A stretch of DNA of 64,000 bases from the human T2T-CHM13v2.0 reference genome, Homo sapiens, in the NCBI RefSeq assembly GCF_009914755.1, contig NC_060926.1; one strand, written 5' to 3'. Made by a program: the position numbers and the translations under genes. The notes beneath the pieces are model-generated. The model was not told the DNA's origin. It did not search any database and was given only the letters and a program-made list of their open reading frames with translations. Shown here piece by piece: positions 27,321 through 42,558 of the stretch (its first letter is position 1; each line of letters starts with the position of its first letter).

Positions 27321-30101
27321 GTGGTCTGTCTGCCTCAGCTCTCCCTCCAATGAGCAGGAGCCCTCTTCTCCGCTTCATTCCTTAGTGGAGGCTGAGCAGT
27401 CCCTCCAGATGGGGCTTCCATGCCCCTGGGTTTTCCACCACTTGGCTCCCATCTTTTTTTCATAGCAGGTAGTGGGTTTGGTCACTGCCTCTCCAGTGAG
27501 CCTGGAGGGGCCACGAGGACAGGGCAGACCCCTCCTGCTCATAAGTGGACCCCAGCCTGCACAGAAACTGGCTCCCAGCAGAGCTGGTCGTGATCTGTTG
27601 ATAAAGACACAGCACCCTCTGTCCCTGGAGGTGTGGCCAGGGCACATCTACCCCGCTTTGCTTCTGTCCTTCTCACCACAACACGCTTCTTATCACTGTG
27701 CCCCCAGAATGACAGGATAGTGGTGATTGGGAAGGGGCTGAAACACACCTGACCCGGTGGATGTAGCACTCCACTGTCACACCTCATCTGTGTATGTGTG
27801 TGTGTGTGTATGTGTGAGCATGTGTCCATGTGTGTGCATGTGTGTATCCGTGTGTGCATGTGAGGACAGCATTTTTGGCTCTTTAAGTTTGACCTGGAAT
27901 GTCCACTTTTAAATAACTGATGGCAAAGCCAAGCTGCTTGCGAAAGCAGGACCCGGTCCCAAATGCCAGTGGGGATTAAGAGGAGGTGGGACTTGTGCAT
28001 CCTGGGTGGACAGGAGTCCTGAGATGTGAGCCTGGGGCCTATCTGATGACCGTCCTGAGACCCCAGCCCCACAGCAGCCCCCAGCCCACCTGCCTTCCTC
28101 AGCCTGCATGGAAGCTCCTCCATTCCCTCCAGGCTTAAATGGGAAGCCATTTCCAGACAGGAAGTGGAGAAGGGGAAAGTCAGCCATCCCATCAGCCTTT
28201 TCTGGGTATGTGGGGCTTGTCAGTGCTTGGATGGGGTCCCAGGCGGCTGGGGCGTTCTCACCAGGAACTGGCAGTCACAGGGTGGCAGGCAGAGCTGGAA
28301 GTCAGGGCAGAGGGCGGGACAGTGCGGGGGCTGGGTCAGAGCCAGGGCAGGCCAGTGCGGTGCCAGCTCACTGCAGGCTCTGCCCAGAAGTGTGTGGCAA
28401 AGACAGATTTCAGGTGTGGGTGTCTGGGATGAAGGCAGAAAGCAGGGAGAACTCAGATGGAAGATTCTGGAATAGGATTCACAGAGTCAATGGTCTGGGG
28501 GTCTCAGTGTAACTGGTGACGATAGCAGGGAGGGGGCCTCCCTGGGGACGGGGGTGGGTACAGAGGAGACAGGCCACACCCTGCTGGGCAAGGATGGCTT
28601 CCTGTGGGTCACCAGGGAGGTTGCAGGAGAAAAAATTACAGAGCTTGCCCAGAATATGCCACCCTGTTTTTGGGGTTTTATGGTGGTAAAGCTAAGTCTG
28701 CAAATTGCACTTAGAATAAATGCAAACGTATCTGGTGGCATTTTGTTTCTCTCTCATTGCCAGTCTTCTGGAATCAGGGCTGTTGTGTGTTGATCTGGGA
28801 CTCCCGGGCCCTGCCTCTGTCCCTGGCCTCGGCCTGCTGGCTTGTGTGGGACCTGAATTTCGGGAGCTGTGTGCTGCGTCCTCCCGCTTCCCTATCTGGC
28901 CTGTTCTGCAGGATGGGAGGGCCAGGGGCTGGGAGTGTGTCCCCTCCCACCCTCCCTTGGAGGCTGAGCTTGGTCCTTTCAGGAGCATCAGGGTAGAGCT
29001 CCACTGAGATGGAGCCACTGCTGACTCCTTTGGTGAAATGATCCATAAGCCCCTGACTTCTCTGTCCTGAGAATTTGATTTCTTACTTTTCCAGGCTCGT
29101 TTAAAAGGAGGCACGGTGGCAACTCAGCTTATTATGGAGACTCTTTACTGCAGCAAACACACTTGCTCTTTCTCTTCTAGTTTCCTCATCTGTAAAAACA
29201 ATCACAATTGTCCCCGACACATCTCCACCGAGAGTTCCTGAATGCCGTGGGAATAGTGTGCTGTTAGGGGAATTATTCTGGTTTCCAGGGCGATGTGTGT
29301 GCTGGGAGGGCCCTGAAATGGTGGTTGGGGGTGGGGAGGGGTGGGAAGGATGTGGAGGAGGCACCCAATTTCTCAGGAGCTGGTGCTTCTCCCTGCCCTC
29401 CCTCCCATGGGAGGAAGCAGCCGAAACTTGATAAGGGTTGTATTGCTTTTACCAATAAAGGGTTTCTCCTGCCGCCGCAGGCGGGGTCTGTCGTGGCTCT
29501 GCAGACATCGCACACACTCCTTCTTCACTGGGCCCCGCAGGGACTCAGGAGACAGGGCAGTGGTGGACGCTGTGCCTGCAGAAAGGACCCTGTCCCTGCC
29601 CACGGAATTGCTGTGATGAGGATGCTCCGCTGGGGGACTCCTGGTCGTGAGTCCAGGATAAAAGAATGTCTTGTTCTCAAGTGGAGAGGGCCCCAGAACG
29701 GGGATTTGAGGTGGAGCATTTTGAATTGGCTTGAATCCAAATGATTGCATACTCCAAAATATGACCTGTGTTCTCCTGACAGAAATGCACACAGGGGAAA
29801 TCAAGCAGCCCAGACGCTGCTGGGGGGCAAGCGCAACTGGCAAGAGGCGGTCCACTCAGGTCCCATGCCATGGTGCATTTCCATGAGCCGGGGAGTTATG
29901 GGATATTCTACCTGGGTAAAAGTATTCTTCACACTCAGAAAGCAATTGTGTAGCCCTTTAGAGCTCACTCGTGTCAGGTGCAATGCAACTAGCTATGTAC
30001 CTGTCCACTCCTGTTGCCACTTGCAGATTCCCTGAGGGCAAGGACTGGGCCTCTCCTCCCTCCCTCCCTCCATCCCTCTCTCCCTCTTCTTCTTCTTCTT
30101 C

Positions 30102-30382
30102 TTTTTTTTTTAGACAAGACAAGGTGTTGCTCTTGCTCTGTTCTACAGGTTGGTGTGCAGTGGCACCATCATGGCTTACTGCAGCCTCAACCACCCAGGC
30201 TCAAGTGATCCTCTCTCCTCAGCCTCCTGAATAGCTGGGACCACAGGCAGGCACCACCATGCCAGGCTAATTTTTAAACTTTTTGTAGAGCCAGGGTCTT
30301 ACTATGTTGCCCAAGCCGGTCTTGAACTCCTGGGCTCAATCAATCTTCCTGCTTTGACCTCCCAAAGCACTGAGATTGCAGA
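30102..30382 (-). mobile_element. AluJ element
   Basis: Antisense Alu with catggcttactgcagcctcaaccacccaggctcaagtgatcct J features; flanked by CT-rich tracts. Confidence 0.9.
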
Positions 30383-31595
30383 AGTGGCTTTCTTCTCTCC
30401 CTTCCTCCCTCCCTCCCTTCCTCTCCCCCTTCTCTTCCTTACTCCTTCTTTCAGATCCCCAAAATACAGTTGCTGGAATGTGTAAGTGTTTAAAATAGAA
30501 AATATATTTATCTTGCTGATTAAAGAGCAATACCCATTTATTGATAATAACTCGGAAATATAGAAAAGGGAAAAAGAGAAAATAAAAATAATATATAATT
30601 CCGCCACCCAAAGGTGGCCACTGAATAGATGTTTGTTTTGACTTATTGAGGCATTCAAAGCATGTTGGTGCATGGTTTTTAGACTACTTTTACACCCATT
30701 GTTTAGTCACTTGAACTTTTATGTGTCATAATCTCTCCACATAAGCTTATTTTAATGGTTTGAATGTATCACAGGACGTGATGGATGAGGCTGTTTTTTA
30801 CTCATATAAAAAACACTGAGAAAAACATCTTTGCAGGGATTTATTTAAATATCAGATTTGCTTGTCTTTTTGAAGACTTTCATGGATAAGGCAAATTATT
30901 TCCATTTGGAATTAAGAAGAAGGAGAATGGCATGGAACGTTTTTCATGGAAAGCAGCCATGTGCTGTGGCTGCTTTGGAATCCAGGCAGTGTGATTTGGG
31001 GCTGTGGCTCCCCCACCCGCATCTGCAGTTCACCGCTGCCTTTTGACCTTACCTTTCAGAAGGGCCACAGGCATATATCAGTATCTCAAATAAGAAGAGA
31101 GCTGGGGTGGTGCAGGCCTGGAAATGGTGTCCTGAACAGTTGGAGGAAAGGGAGATGGAGCAGAGAGGACGATCTGCACGGAGATGTAGCCACGACATAA
31201 CCACAGAAGACACTTCATCTCCTCTACTGCGTCCTCAACCAGTGGGCTAGGTTTTTCTCTTGGCCCGGGCCTTCCTCCTGACTTCTCTGCTCTCATTGAA
31301 ATGATTTAACATCCTACGTTCACTTTGAATTCATGGTCTCCATTCTGTAAAGGAAAAACAAAAACAAAACTGTCCACCTAAAAGTCACAACTCTAAATTG
31401 ACCTTCACCTCCAGTCTCTTCCTGTCCCCTGCTGGCCCTGGCATGGCTGCCTCTGGGCTGGCTCTCCTCTCCTAGGTGGGGTGGAGGTTCTTGCTTGATG
31501 GTTCAGTTGTAGATGGTTTGTGCTCTTTGGTCCCGGCAGATGTCTCAGCTGAAGTTCTCCCCTAAGGCTGATTTTTTATGTCCTCAGGGGCTCCC

Positions 31596-32352
<757 letters not shown>

Positions 32353-33136
32353 GTCTCCCTTATCTTTCTCCCCTGTGGCTCCTTGGCTGTGGGCACTGCC
32401 TCCCCTTGGCCATCTCCTGATCCTGCTCAGCTCCTGCCAGAGGGTTCACCCCCATGGGGCAGGCTGCTTGAAAGGCCCCCAGGGGGATCCATTTCTACCA
32501 CAGATTCCACGTCTGGGCCCTGGAGTTCTGCACTTCTGACTCAACCCCAGAGCAGAACATGCCCCGACCTGTGTGTGGCCTCCTTCTCACTGCCACAGGC
32601 TCGTCATGTTTTCTCCCACCCGGGGCAAGCATGGGCCCTCGGGCCCTTGACCCTGGGATGCAGCTGTTTCGTGTCTACCACTGGAGAGCCTGAGCAGGTC
32701 CTGTCCTGGCTGTGGTGTCCTCCTGTGTACCAGGTCAGGCTCAGGGAGAGAATTTCAGAGATGGCTTTCAGCTGCAGACTGTTCCTAGAATGTATGACCT
32801 GTGCTGTAACAAGCAAAGCTGGTAAAAAAAAAAAAAAAAAAAAAAGGAAGATGACCTGGTATAGTGGAGCTCTGGGTATCACTGGCAGCAAAATACCCTC
32901 AGTCTCTCAGAAATGGCACCAAATAAAGAGGAGGTGCTTGCCAGGGCCACAGTGAGGGCTTGCGGACAGCCTGGCCACACATTCACTTCCCAGAGGTGAG
33001 ACCAATTGGAATTTAGAAGATGCTTATGAAAGGGTTAATTATGCAGGGTTTTTTTTTTTTTTAAACTAATATTGATGGAAGGCTGTTCCAACTGAACGTA
33101 TATTAGGAAGATGATACCTAGATAAACACCAAGTCT

Positions 33137-33437
<301 letters not shown>

Positions 33438-36400
33438 GACAAAGCCTAAAGCCATGAACTTACAAGTGCTAGGCTGGGACACTGCAGTCGGGCCGATGGT
33501 CAACATGAGCCTCAGGCCCTTGTCTGTGACATTTCTGCTGTATTTCATGTCACTAGGCCAGGGCAGCCCAACGCATCCATGTCCGTGGTGAACTTGCAAC
33601 TGATATTGGCCCCATCATGCCTGTGCATGGTACACCGTCTCCCCAGATCCTGCCACTCACTTTCCCTGGGACCCTGTGTCCTGGGCTCCTCAGGGAAGTC
33701 ACCTGCATCTCCCCTGTGCATCCTGTCCTTAGAGAGAAGGACGGCAGAGCTGTGTGGGTGAGGGAGCCCTGACTTTCTGGAAAGTGAAGTTTGCACACAC
33801 CTCAGGCCTGCCCCTCATGTGTAAATATTATAGTCTAACTCTTAGGGAATTATTTGTTTGTCTTTTATAGTTCACGTTTTAAGGGAGTGTTCTGCCTCCT
33901 TTATTGGCTGTATGGCTGGAAACAACAGACCTTACATTTTCCTTGAAATTTTGAATCCACTCATCTGTAAATGGTTATAAGATCTACCTACAGGATGCGG
34001 GGAATCTCAATTCTACATTTTTAGCTTTAGATTGCATAAAATAAACTTGCGGATTTCAGTTAACCACACTGCATGTTTGCCTCATTGACATTGCTTTCTC
34101 CAGCGTCTCTCAGAAGAAAAGGGGTTTCAGGGCTGAAGCGTTGCCCAATGGGACTCAATTAGCAGGGGAAAGCCTTGTCAGTTTTGAAGGGCGGTGGGTG
34201 TTGGGGAATGCCTTGCGTCTACAGTCTGCATTCCACCTGGGCAGAGGGAGATTTACAGGACCTGTCAGTCATGACAGTGATTGGAAAGGAGGAATGCTTT
34301 CTCTTATCTTGGATTTGAGCTGAGACACAGGAATCCCACCACCCTGACTGCATTCATGGAAAAGAGGTACAGCTCCTGCCCTCCTGGTCTCTGTCCCCTC
34401 CCACTGCCCAGGCACCCCACCCACTCTGTGGATTCCTTTGTGCATTTAGAGTCCTGAAATCCCATCGGGAAGAGACCTCAACAAAGAGTCCCATAGCCTC
34501 TGTTTACAGCAGAGGAAAGTGTGGCCCGGGAAGGAAAGGTGACCAGCAGGCAGGACACCCTCACTGAGTCAGCTTCTCATCTGCGACATATCACTTTCTT
34601 ATATCCTGTGGGATTCTTTGCATTTTATAGACAAGCAAACAAAAAGTCAGGGAGTTGGAGCTGCCTGCCCAAAGTTGAAGGGTAGCTAGCTACTTGTAGG
34701 CCCCTCAAATTCATTCATTCATTCATCACACCGTCACTGAGCTCCTGCTTGGGGGCAGTTGGCATGGAGAACAAAGAAGCCTGGAAATCCGTTCTTGAGG
34801 AGACAGACAGACGACAGCTCTCCTTGTCTGCAGCCCTCAGTGTGGAGGTTTTCTGGAGTCATGACCCACGTCTGCTTGTTCTCTCTTCCTCGACAGTCTC
34901 CCCTGTGGGGAATGGTTATCCTCTCTGATGAGTCAGCTCTCAGCGCAAGACAGAATGACCTCCAAGCCCCCATCTCCCTGTATAGGTATAGCTGCTGTGC
35001 AGAGCTCCTTGGCTGCCCAGTAGGGAGTTCCTGCCTAGGATGTGGAAACAGAATGTGTTAGCTTCCCTTCAGATGCGGGGGCACCTGGCCCGGTGCTGAG
35101 CATTCAGCAGGCTCCCCTCCCATAACTGTCCCTGGCTTTACTAAGGACAAAGCTGCCACCAACTCACCTGCCTCACTCACCTGGGTCAGGAGCCGCCCTC
35201 TGTCTCCCTCATTCCCTGAAGTTAATCTCATTGATTCCAGTTCACAAATGTCCCCAGCCCCTGAAGTGTGTGGTCTCCACACCTAAGGCCACTGCCCAGC
35301 CCTTTCCCAGGGGCTACTGCAGCTTCCTGGGTGGGGGCTGGGCCCCTCAGCCCTCTGTGGGGACATTGACCCAGCCGATCTCCACTATGAGGAGCCTGCC
35401 AGGCCAAAGGGGATCTTCCTCCCTTTTCTCATCCTGACTTTGTAGAAAAGAGAGCTTTACTCTGAGATTTGCTCCTAGGTCAAGGTCAATGGACTTGGCT
35501 TCTGAGATGGCTGCAGCAGCCTTGCCTGAATCAGCCGTGGGCCAACATGACCTACTCTGGCCGGTGGCACAAGAGAGTTTTGACTGGAGTGACCGGTGTG
35601 ACTCGGACGTTGCAGGAGGGGCCTCTGTCCCTCACACACAGGGATGTCCCCTCTGGGTGCCTGCAATTCCACCATTGGGATGCTTCTAGCTGGGGAGGGG
35701 ATCTGCAGCACTGCAGACATTGGATAAAAATCTCCAGAAGGTTGCAAAATGGCAGGCGGGAAAGAGGTCAGAAGAGGGAACAGAGCTGGCAGGAAGGCAG
35801 GGCTGAGGGGAGAGGTGGATGCAGCCCCCTCACATGGACCAACCCATCAGTAGGGGCTCCGAGGGTGGCAGTGGCATTGGGTGGGCCTGTGACACAAGAA
35901 GTGCTGACTTGGGTGGTGTTCAGTGCCCTTGTGTCTGCCTGCAGGCTGGTGGCTCCCCTCCCCATATTTGCCCTGGATGCTTGATGTCCCCGAAGTCTGA
36001 GGACATCGTCATCTGAGCCAGTGGCTCAGGCTCCCCCAGGGATTAGCCCAGCATGGATGTTCCTGGCTAATAGTGCCTTACCTCTGAGCCATCCACAGGG
36101 GTCTTTTCTGGCGAGATTCTTAGGAGTTGAAAAACGGCAGATTTCTAAAAGGGCAAAGGAATGTAGGCTTTGGTAATCCTAACATGAGATTCTCAATTGA
36201 GGCAAGGAAAGAGGAAAGGGGAGTTCCTAAAAATGAAAATAGTCCCAAAGGAGAAGTGCTGATGGAAGGGACTCAAGAAATCCAGTTCCACTGCCCAGGG
36301 GTCCTGCAAGTGCCCAGGTTGCAGATGATCCAGAACTGCAGAGGTCCATGGAAAGACCTGGGGAGGTGGGATTAGGTGGAAGGAGAAAACTTGTTTTGTT

Positions 36401-36781
36401 CTGTCTCCTCCAATGAGAAGAATCTCATCCTCCTGCTCCTCTCTGCTCCTCTGCAGCACTCGATGTAAGCTTTCCTTTTTAAGTCTCTCTCCACCCTGAC
36501 TTCTGTGCACTGTCCTATTGTCCCTTAGGCAGAAGACACAGCCAGACTTGAACCTGGACCCCACGTACCTTTGTAGTTGGATAATTCTCTGTTATCGCTC
36601 ATCTATATAAATGGCACAGCCAATGAGAAACATATGAGATGAAGATGCAAAAACATCTCACAGGGCCCTGGCCTGAAGAGGTGCTCAGTGCACAGTGGTC
36701 CTGCCTTCTTCTCATTCCCCTCCCCTGTGGCTCCTTTGTTCCTCTTCAGATGGCCTTGATGTCTTTTCCCATCCTCTAAAT

Positions 36782-37004
36782 GAGGGCTCCTCAAACTATG
36801 GCCCTTGGCCCAAATCTAGCCACAACTTGTTTTTATAAATAAAGTTTTAGTGGAACACAGCTACACCCATTCATGTACATATTGTTGATGGCTGCTTTCC
36901 TGCTCCAAAGACAGAGTTGATTTGTGGCAACAAAGACTGTGTGATCCTCAAAGCCTAAAATATTTACTAGATGACCCCTGATAGAAAAAGTTTCCTGGCT
37001 CCTG
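36782..37004 (+). mobile_element. MER58A hAT-Charlie MITE
   Basis: caaactatggccc...aaataaagttttagtggaacacagc...aaagcctaaaatatttact...agaaaaagttt. Confidence 0.88.
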
Positions 37005-37504
37005 GTCTTAACCCATAAAATTTAGGTACTCCCAAAGTTGCCTTCTTATCTTTTATGCCTTTTTTTCCATACCCTCTCTCGGTAGTCTCATTGATATTGT
37101 GACATCAACTTCTTTTTACCATGTCAGTTGCTCCCATATCTAAACTCCAGCCTTTCCCCAAAGTCTAGGCATACCTTTACAAGGCCTTATTGACTAAGTT
37201 CAACAAGCCTCCACTCAAACCCATTACCATTTTTCCCAAATCTGCATCTCTTCTGGATTATCCTAATTTGGTTAACGGCAGCTCTAGTTCCCCAGACTCA
37301 AACCCTTTGCTGAATCACTTGTGCTTTCTGGGTTTTATTTCTCCAATTTCCTTGATAAAGTATTTATCACTGTCCCTTTCTTCAAGAGGGGAGAATGGTC
37401 CTCACAGGGTTGGGAAGTGGTGATATAATGAGTTAATGTGTATTAATCATTTGGCACTGGGCAGGCACCGATAAAGGGCTCCATAATGCTTCTGCATGGC
37501 CAGA

Positions 37505-37710
37505 TGGGTGGATATTACTGATGGGTGAGAGGATGGATGTGCGGGTGGGGGACTGGATGGATGATGGATAGTTGAATGGGTGGATGGGTGGATGAGTGTG
37601 TGTGTGGGTGGGTGGATGAATAATGAATGGGTAAATGGGTGGAGGGGTGGATGAGTGTGTGGGTGGATGGGTGGGTGGGTAAGTGGATGGATGAATGAAT
37701 CAATGAATGG
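37505..37710. repeat. Degenerate (TGGA/TGGG)n tract
   Basis: Repeated ggatggatg/gggtggatg units. Confidence 0.9.
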
Positions 37711-40660
37711 GACATGCACCAACTGCCACACAAGGTTTGAAAAGTGTGATGTGATGAGGACTCTGCCTTTGGAAGCTAATTATGGCACACACTAATTCTA
37801 AGTATATAAAATGGTTGAGAGAGAGCAAACTGAAGAGGAGAGGACCAATGGGAAGAGTATTTCCATATCCCAGGTTAGTAACATCCTGTGTACCACCCAG
37901 GATGACAGTAGTGGGAATGGAAGTGAGAGAATGAGCCAGGAAGATGCTGCCAGAGGAATGGACAGTGACCAGTACTTTATCAGGCAGGGTAGGGAGACAA
38001 GTCTTGGAAGGTATGAGGGACTTAGCAAAGAAGACAACAGTGTTTGAGCTCTGGGGACCAAAATAGCCTACTCCAGAAAGGCGGCAGGTTTAGGGGAAAT
38101 GGTAAATAGTTTAAGTTCAGACACATTAAGTTTAGTAAACAAGTTCTTATAAGGTTATCATATGTTCCAAAGTGGTTTAAGTTACCTTACAAAAAATATG
38201 CTATGAAAATAAAGGAAGTTAGGGAACTGGGGCTATTGAGAAGCAAGTTGAAGCTTGTAAAGTTGCTAGAAGTGGGCCTTGGACTCTCTCATAGCTTCTC
38301 AATAGCAGACAGATCCTGGAGGAGAATCTCCCACCTCCCGGGGTTTGTGGGGAGGGGTTAGCAGGGACTAACGCTTGCAAAGCACTCCACCCTGGGCAGG
38401 CACAGAGAATGGGCTCCATTTTTAAGTGCTCGCTATTCTTTATTATTATCTTGACTTTCTTATTTCTACTTTTTAAATTTTATATATGCATTATTTGCTT
38501 GATAGTGCGTTAAGATCCCAAGGGGGCTGTGTCTCATTGCCCTACCACACTCATTGAATGGCATAGTTTATGCTGGTGGATGAATGAATCCGTGGCTCAG
38601 ACCCCCTTAGGTTGGCTCCTTTCTGCAAATCGGATTCTCCTGGCATGTAAGTGACGTTCCTGCCATGAGGAGAGCCCAGCAACAGCTCGGCTCCAGGCAG
38701 ACCCCAGCCCATCCATCTTCCCACCCGCAGCATGTATTACGCAAGGCTTGGCATGTTCTGCCATCAGGAATGGGTTGCTGGGAGCATGAATGGAGGTTCT
38801 GGGGCAGGAGAAAGATTTACAAAGTATGCCGAAGGTTTTATTTAGTATGAAATAATTTCTCACTTTATTGCCTGGTGTTTTTTCCTTAGTGTAAGCACCC
38901 AAAGCCATGCTTAATTTAATAATGTATTTGCTTATTAATGTACTGTGTTTCCCAGTCATAAAATCTCCTAGAAGGATACTGAAAATTGGCAGATGTAAAC
39001 ACGCCATATGCTTTCTCTTCAAATCTGGCCATTTTGAATGTCAAAATATTTATTGTTTTATGTGCTTTATTATTATAACTTTTGTATTTCCACTGGAGTA
39101 TTTTATTATTAAAAATGAGCATAATTTTCTATTTAAAAGATTTTCCAAATCCTCAGAAATACACCTAATTCTATTTTTAGATCATTTAAAGATTTGAGTT
39201 TTGAATGGTCAGTATCTGCAATACTTTTATTCTTGTCCAAAATTTTGGGGGGCAGCTTGTGCCTCCTGCCAGGGAGTTGGGGGAGAGATATCCAACCAGC
39301 TCTTCATTGCTGTGTGCAGTTTGAGGAATTCCTTTACCATGCCCAAAATGAGGCCTGTGTACTATTACTTGCTTACTTGCTTTGCAACGTCTAATTTAGC
39401 CTCTGATCTTTGGGGCTGTTGTTAACTTTATGGTTTACACAATTCAAAGTGTCAGGCAACTGTGAAGTGCTTGCTCAGGAAAGAAACCCAGAGCGAGACC
39501 ACCTCAGCTGCTGAGCTGGCCTCTCTAATGAGCATCCTTAGGGATGCTTCTCTAAGCACGGAGAGCCCGAGCAAATATTTGCACAGTTGAATTACATTTT
39601 CTAAGGCTACATATGCAGGTAAAATTCTCTTTCCAAGTGCCTGAGAGACTTATGGGTTCCAGCTACCTGCCTGGGAAGGTAGAAGTGGCCAATCAATTCC
39701 CTTCAACTGGCTTTGAGTTGCTCTGTATACACCCAACTAAACACATGGAAAGCATGTAACAGGTGGATCTGGGTTCTGCATGGCATGATTTGAAGAAAAT
39801 CTCCAGGGATATCTGTTGCAAACATATTCTTTGTGTTGTGGTGTGGTGTGTGTGTATGGGGGGTGGGGGAATATTTAATGGGCTGCTTCTGCTCTGGCCC
39901 AAGTTTAGTGTGTGTGAAATCTCAAGAAGGGAGAAATGGGTGGGTCACTGCAGTTTCAAGGTCTAGGAGGGTACTCACGTCTCCATCCTCAGTCCTCTAA
40001 GCCTTGTTATTATTAATACTATTGTTGTTGTTATTGCTATTATTTTAATTTTATTTATAAAACGAGGAAGAGAGCTTTGAGTGGCAGAGGCTGTTAGGAG
40101 CAGGTCAGGGCAGAAAGACCTAGGACAAGTGTCATGGGGAACAGAGAGGAAAGGAACAGGTACCAGCCCGAGGGATGGCTTCATCCTCCCGCTGCCGTGT
40201 CTCCTTCTGGAGAGATGGTGAGAAGATGGAAGGATGTAAATAGAGCGTTGGAAGTGACCTTGGGGGACTCTGTTAACCTCTTCAACTTGGAGTGGAGAGA
40301 AGCAGGTTCCCACACAGCCCCTGGTTAAGGGCAGAGCAGGGCCCTGCCCTTAACCAAGGGCTCTGGCATCTCCTTCTGCAGACCTTGGGCATGTCACAGA
40401 GGGCAGGGCAAAAGCAATTGTGAAGCTCATCCCCTCCCGAGTCTTGCTGCCACAAGAGAAGGCAAGGAAGGCATGAGCTGGGGCTGGCATTTGCCGGGTA
40501 TTGTCATGAGTGCTTTCCCAATAGAAGCTTGTTTATTTCTCAAAGTAATCATCTGTGGTAAGTGTGACTTGTCCTGTTTTCATTTTATGATTGAGGGGAC
40601 AGGCAGGGAGATGAATCAATTTGACCAAGGCTAGACAGTTTGCAAGTAATAAAGCCACAG

Positions 40661-40992
<332 letters not shown>

Positions 40993-41165
40993 TAAACCCA
41001 GGCTGAATCCAAAGCCAGCAGCTTGCAAGACCTCCTATAACAGACATGCCCTTCTAGACGAATATGCAGCCTCGTGTAGGACTGGAGTGGAAGTTGTGTC
41101 TGGGCAGGTCAGGGAGAGATGGTTGAGGACTGGGTTTTGGAATGGGGATTAAAGGCAAGTAGAGT

Positions 41166-41380
41166 AACATTTGGTGAGCACCTACTGTGAACATAAATGG
41201 GTTTGACATCTCCTTTAATTTCCACAACAGTCCTTCAAGGGCTAGAATTTTCCCATTTTGCAGATGAGGAAACTGAGGCATTGAGATAGACATCTTGCCT
41301 AAGGTCACATGACTGATAAATGATAGAGCCAAGAGTTATATTTAGGAGTGTCTTATTCTAAAGTCCCTGGGTTTTGCACA
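41166..41380 (-). mobile_element. MIR
   Basis: cccattttgcagatgaggaaactgaggca and cttgcctaaggtcaca cores. Confidence 0.88.
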
Positions 41381-42518
41381 GTACTGCAATATGGCTGTGG
41401 CTTTCCCCAGTCATCGAGCAATGAGGCCTCCTGCCACTCCTTTCAGTTTCAGGGTGGTTCATGCACAGAGGTTGACTTTTTGGATGGACTGTGCCACTCC
41501 TCATCTGTCTGGTAATGGCGGTTCCCGTCAGCTCAGGACCTCAACAGTTACTCTTCACAGAAGAACAGAACCCAGGGGTCATGATGGCAAACTGGCTACT
41601 CGGGGATGGCCCAGTGCTGGGCTTGGGAACACTACAGGAGTGTCAAAGACAAGGTGAGGGGAGCCATTGATCTAGGGTGAACTTGAGTATCAGTCCTTGG
41701 GGTAACTCATGGAGGGAGGGCAGTGTGTGATTTGGTCAGGGGTAGTAGAAGAAGATGTGGCTGTGAGAGTCAAATCAGGATTTTGTGCCTGTGATGGGAC
41801 TGTCAGTTGTTTTGTCATGGCGTCTCGTGGCCTATTACAAGGCAGGCACTGCCCAGCAAGGAGGCCAGGCGCATAGAATTTACAAAGCAGTCCTGAGAGA
41901 AGGACTTCTGCTCAAGCAGCAGGGCTGGGGCCAGATGTACTTTTCAGGCCAGCAGGTGCTCTGGTTACTGGAACGTAACTCATGGGGACTTGGGGTTTGA
42001 GTGGGAGTCACAGAGGAGGCTGGAAAGCTGTGGTGACTTGGTTGTACTGCAGTGAGGGGCACGCCTCAGAGCCAGGAGTGAGTACAGGAGAGGCAGCAGC
42101 ATGCAAGGACAGAGTGGGTGTGCAGGCAACAGGACCCCAGACATCCCATCCTTGGGGTTCTCAGAGCCCTGGGCTGATGCCGTAAGGCCTTCGAGTGGTC
42201 CGTGGTAGAGTATTAAGATGATGCTTCAAGCCCAGGGTACATTCAGGCAGAGACTCTCGTGCCAGGAAGACACAATCACCTGGATAAGTGTGTCTGTGGC
42301 CCAGGCTCATGAACTCAGATGACAAGGGTGAGTTGTCTGTTCCTTTGCTTAATAACAAGGGATTTGGTTGTCTTTGGGTCTGTTTCAGTATTCCAGTAAC
42401 AAAACAGCTTTATTTAGGACTCCATGAATCAGCCAAATTTTTCCGTGGTGTTTCTGTTAGGATATCTGTCTGTAGACGATGGACAATGGAATATGATTTG
42501 AGTTATCTGTTTTTTCCC

Positions 42519-42558
42519 ATCACTTATTGGCCTTTTGGCTAATACCAAACGTGTATCT
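42519..42558 (+). pseudogene. U2 snRNA 5'-end fragment (3'-truncated pseudogene)
   Basis: atcacttattggccttttggctaataccaaacgtgtatct vs U2 nt 1-41 ATCGCTTCTCGGCCTTTTGGCTAAGATCAAGTGTAGTATCT: 33/41, begins at U2 position 1, both CpGs decayed. Confidence 0.7.

Noticed and set aside
26644-27465. Longest ORF (273 aa, + strand)
   Set aside because: Low-complexity Pro/Leu/Ser sequence running through an L2 fragment; no recognisable domain or exon structure.
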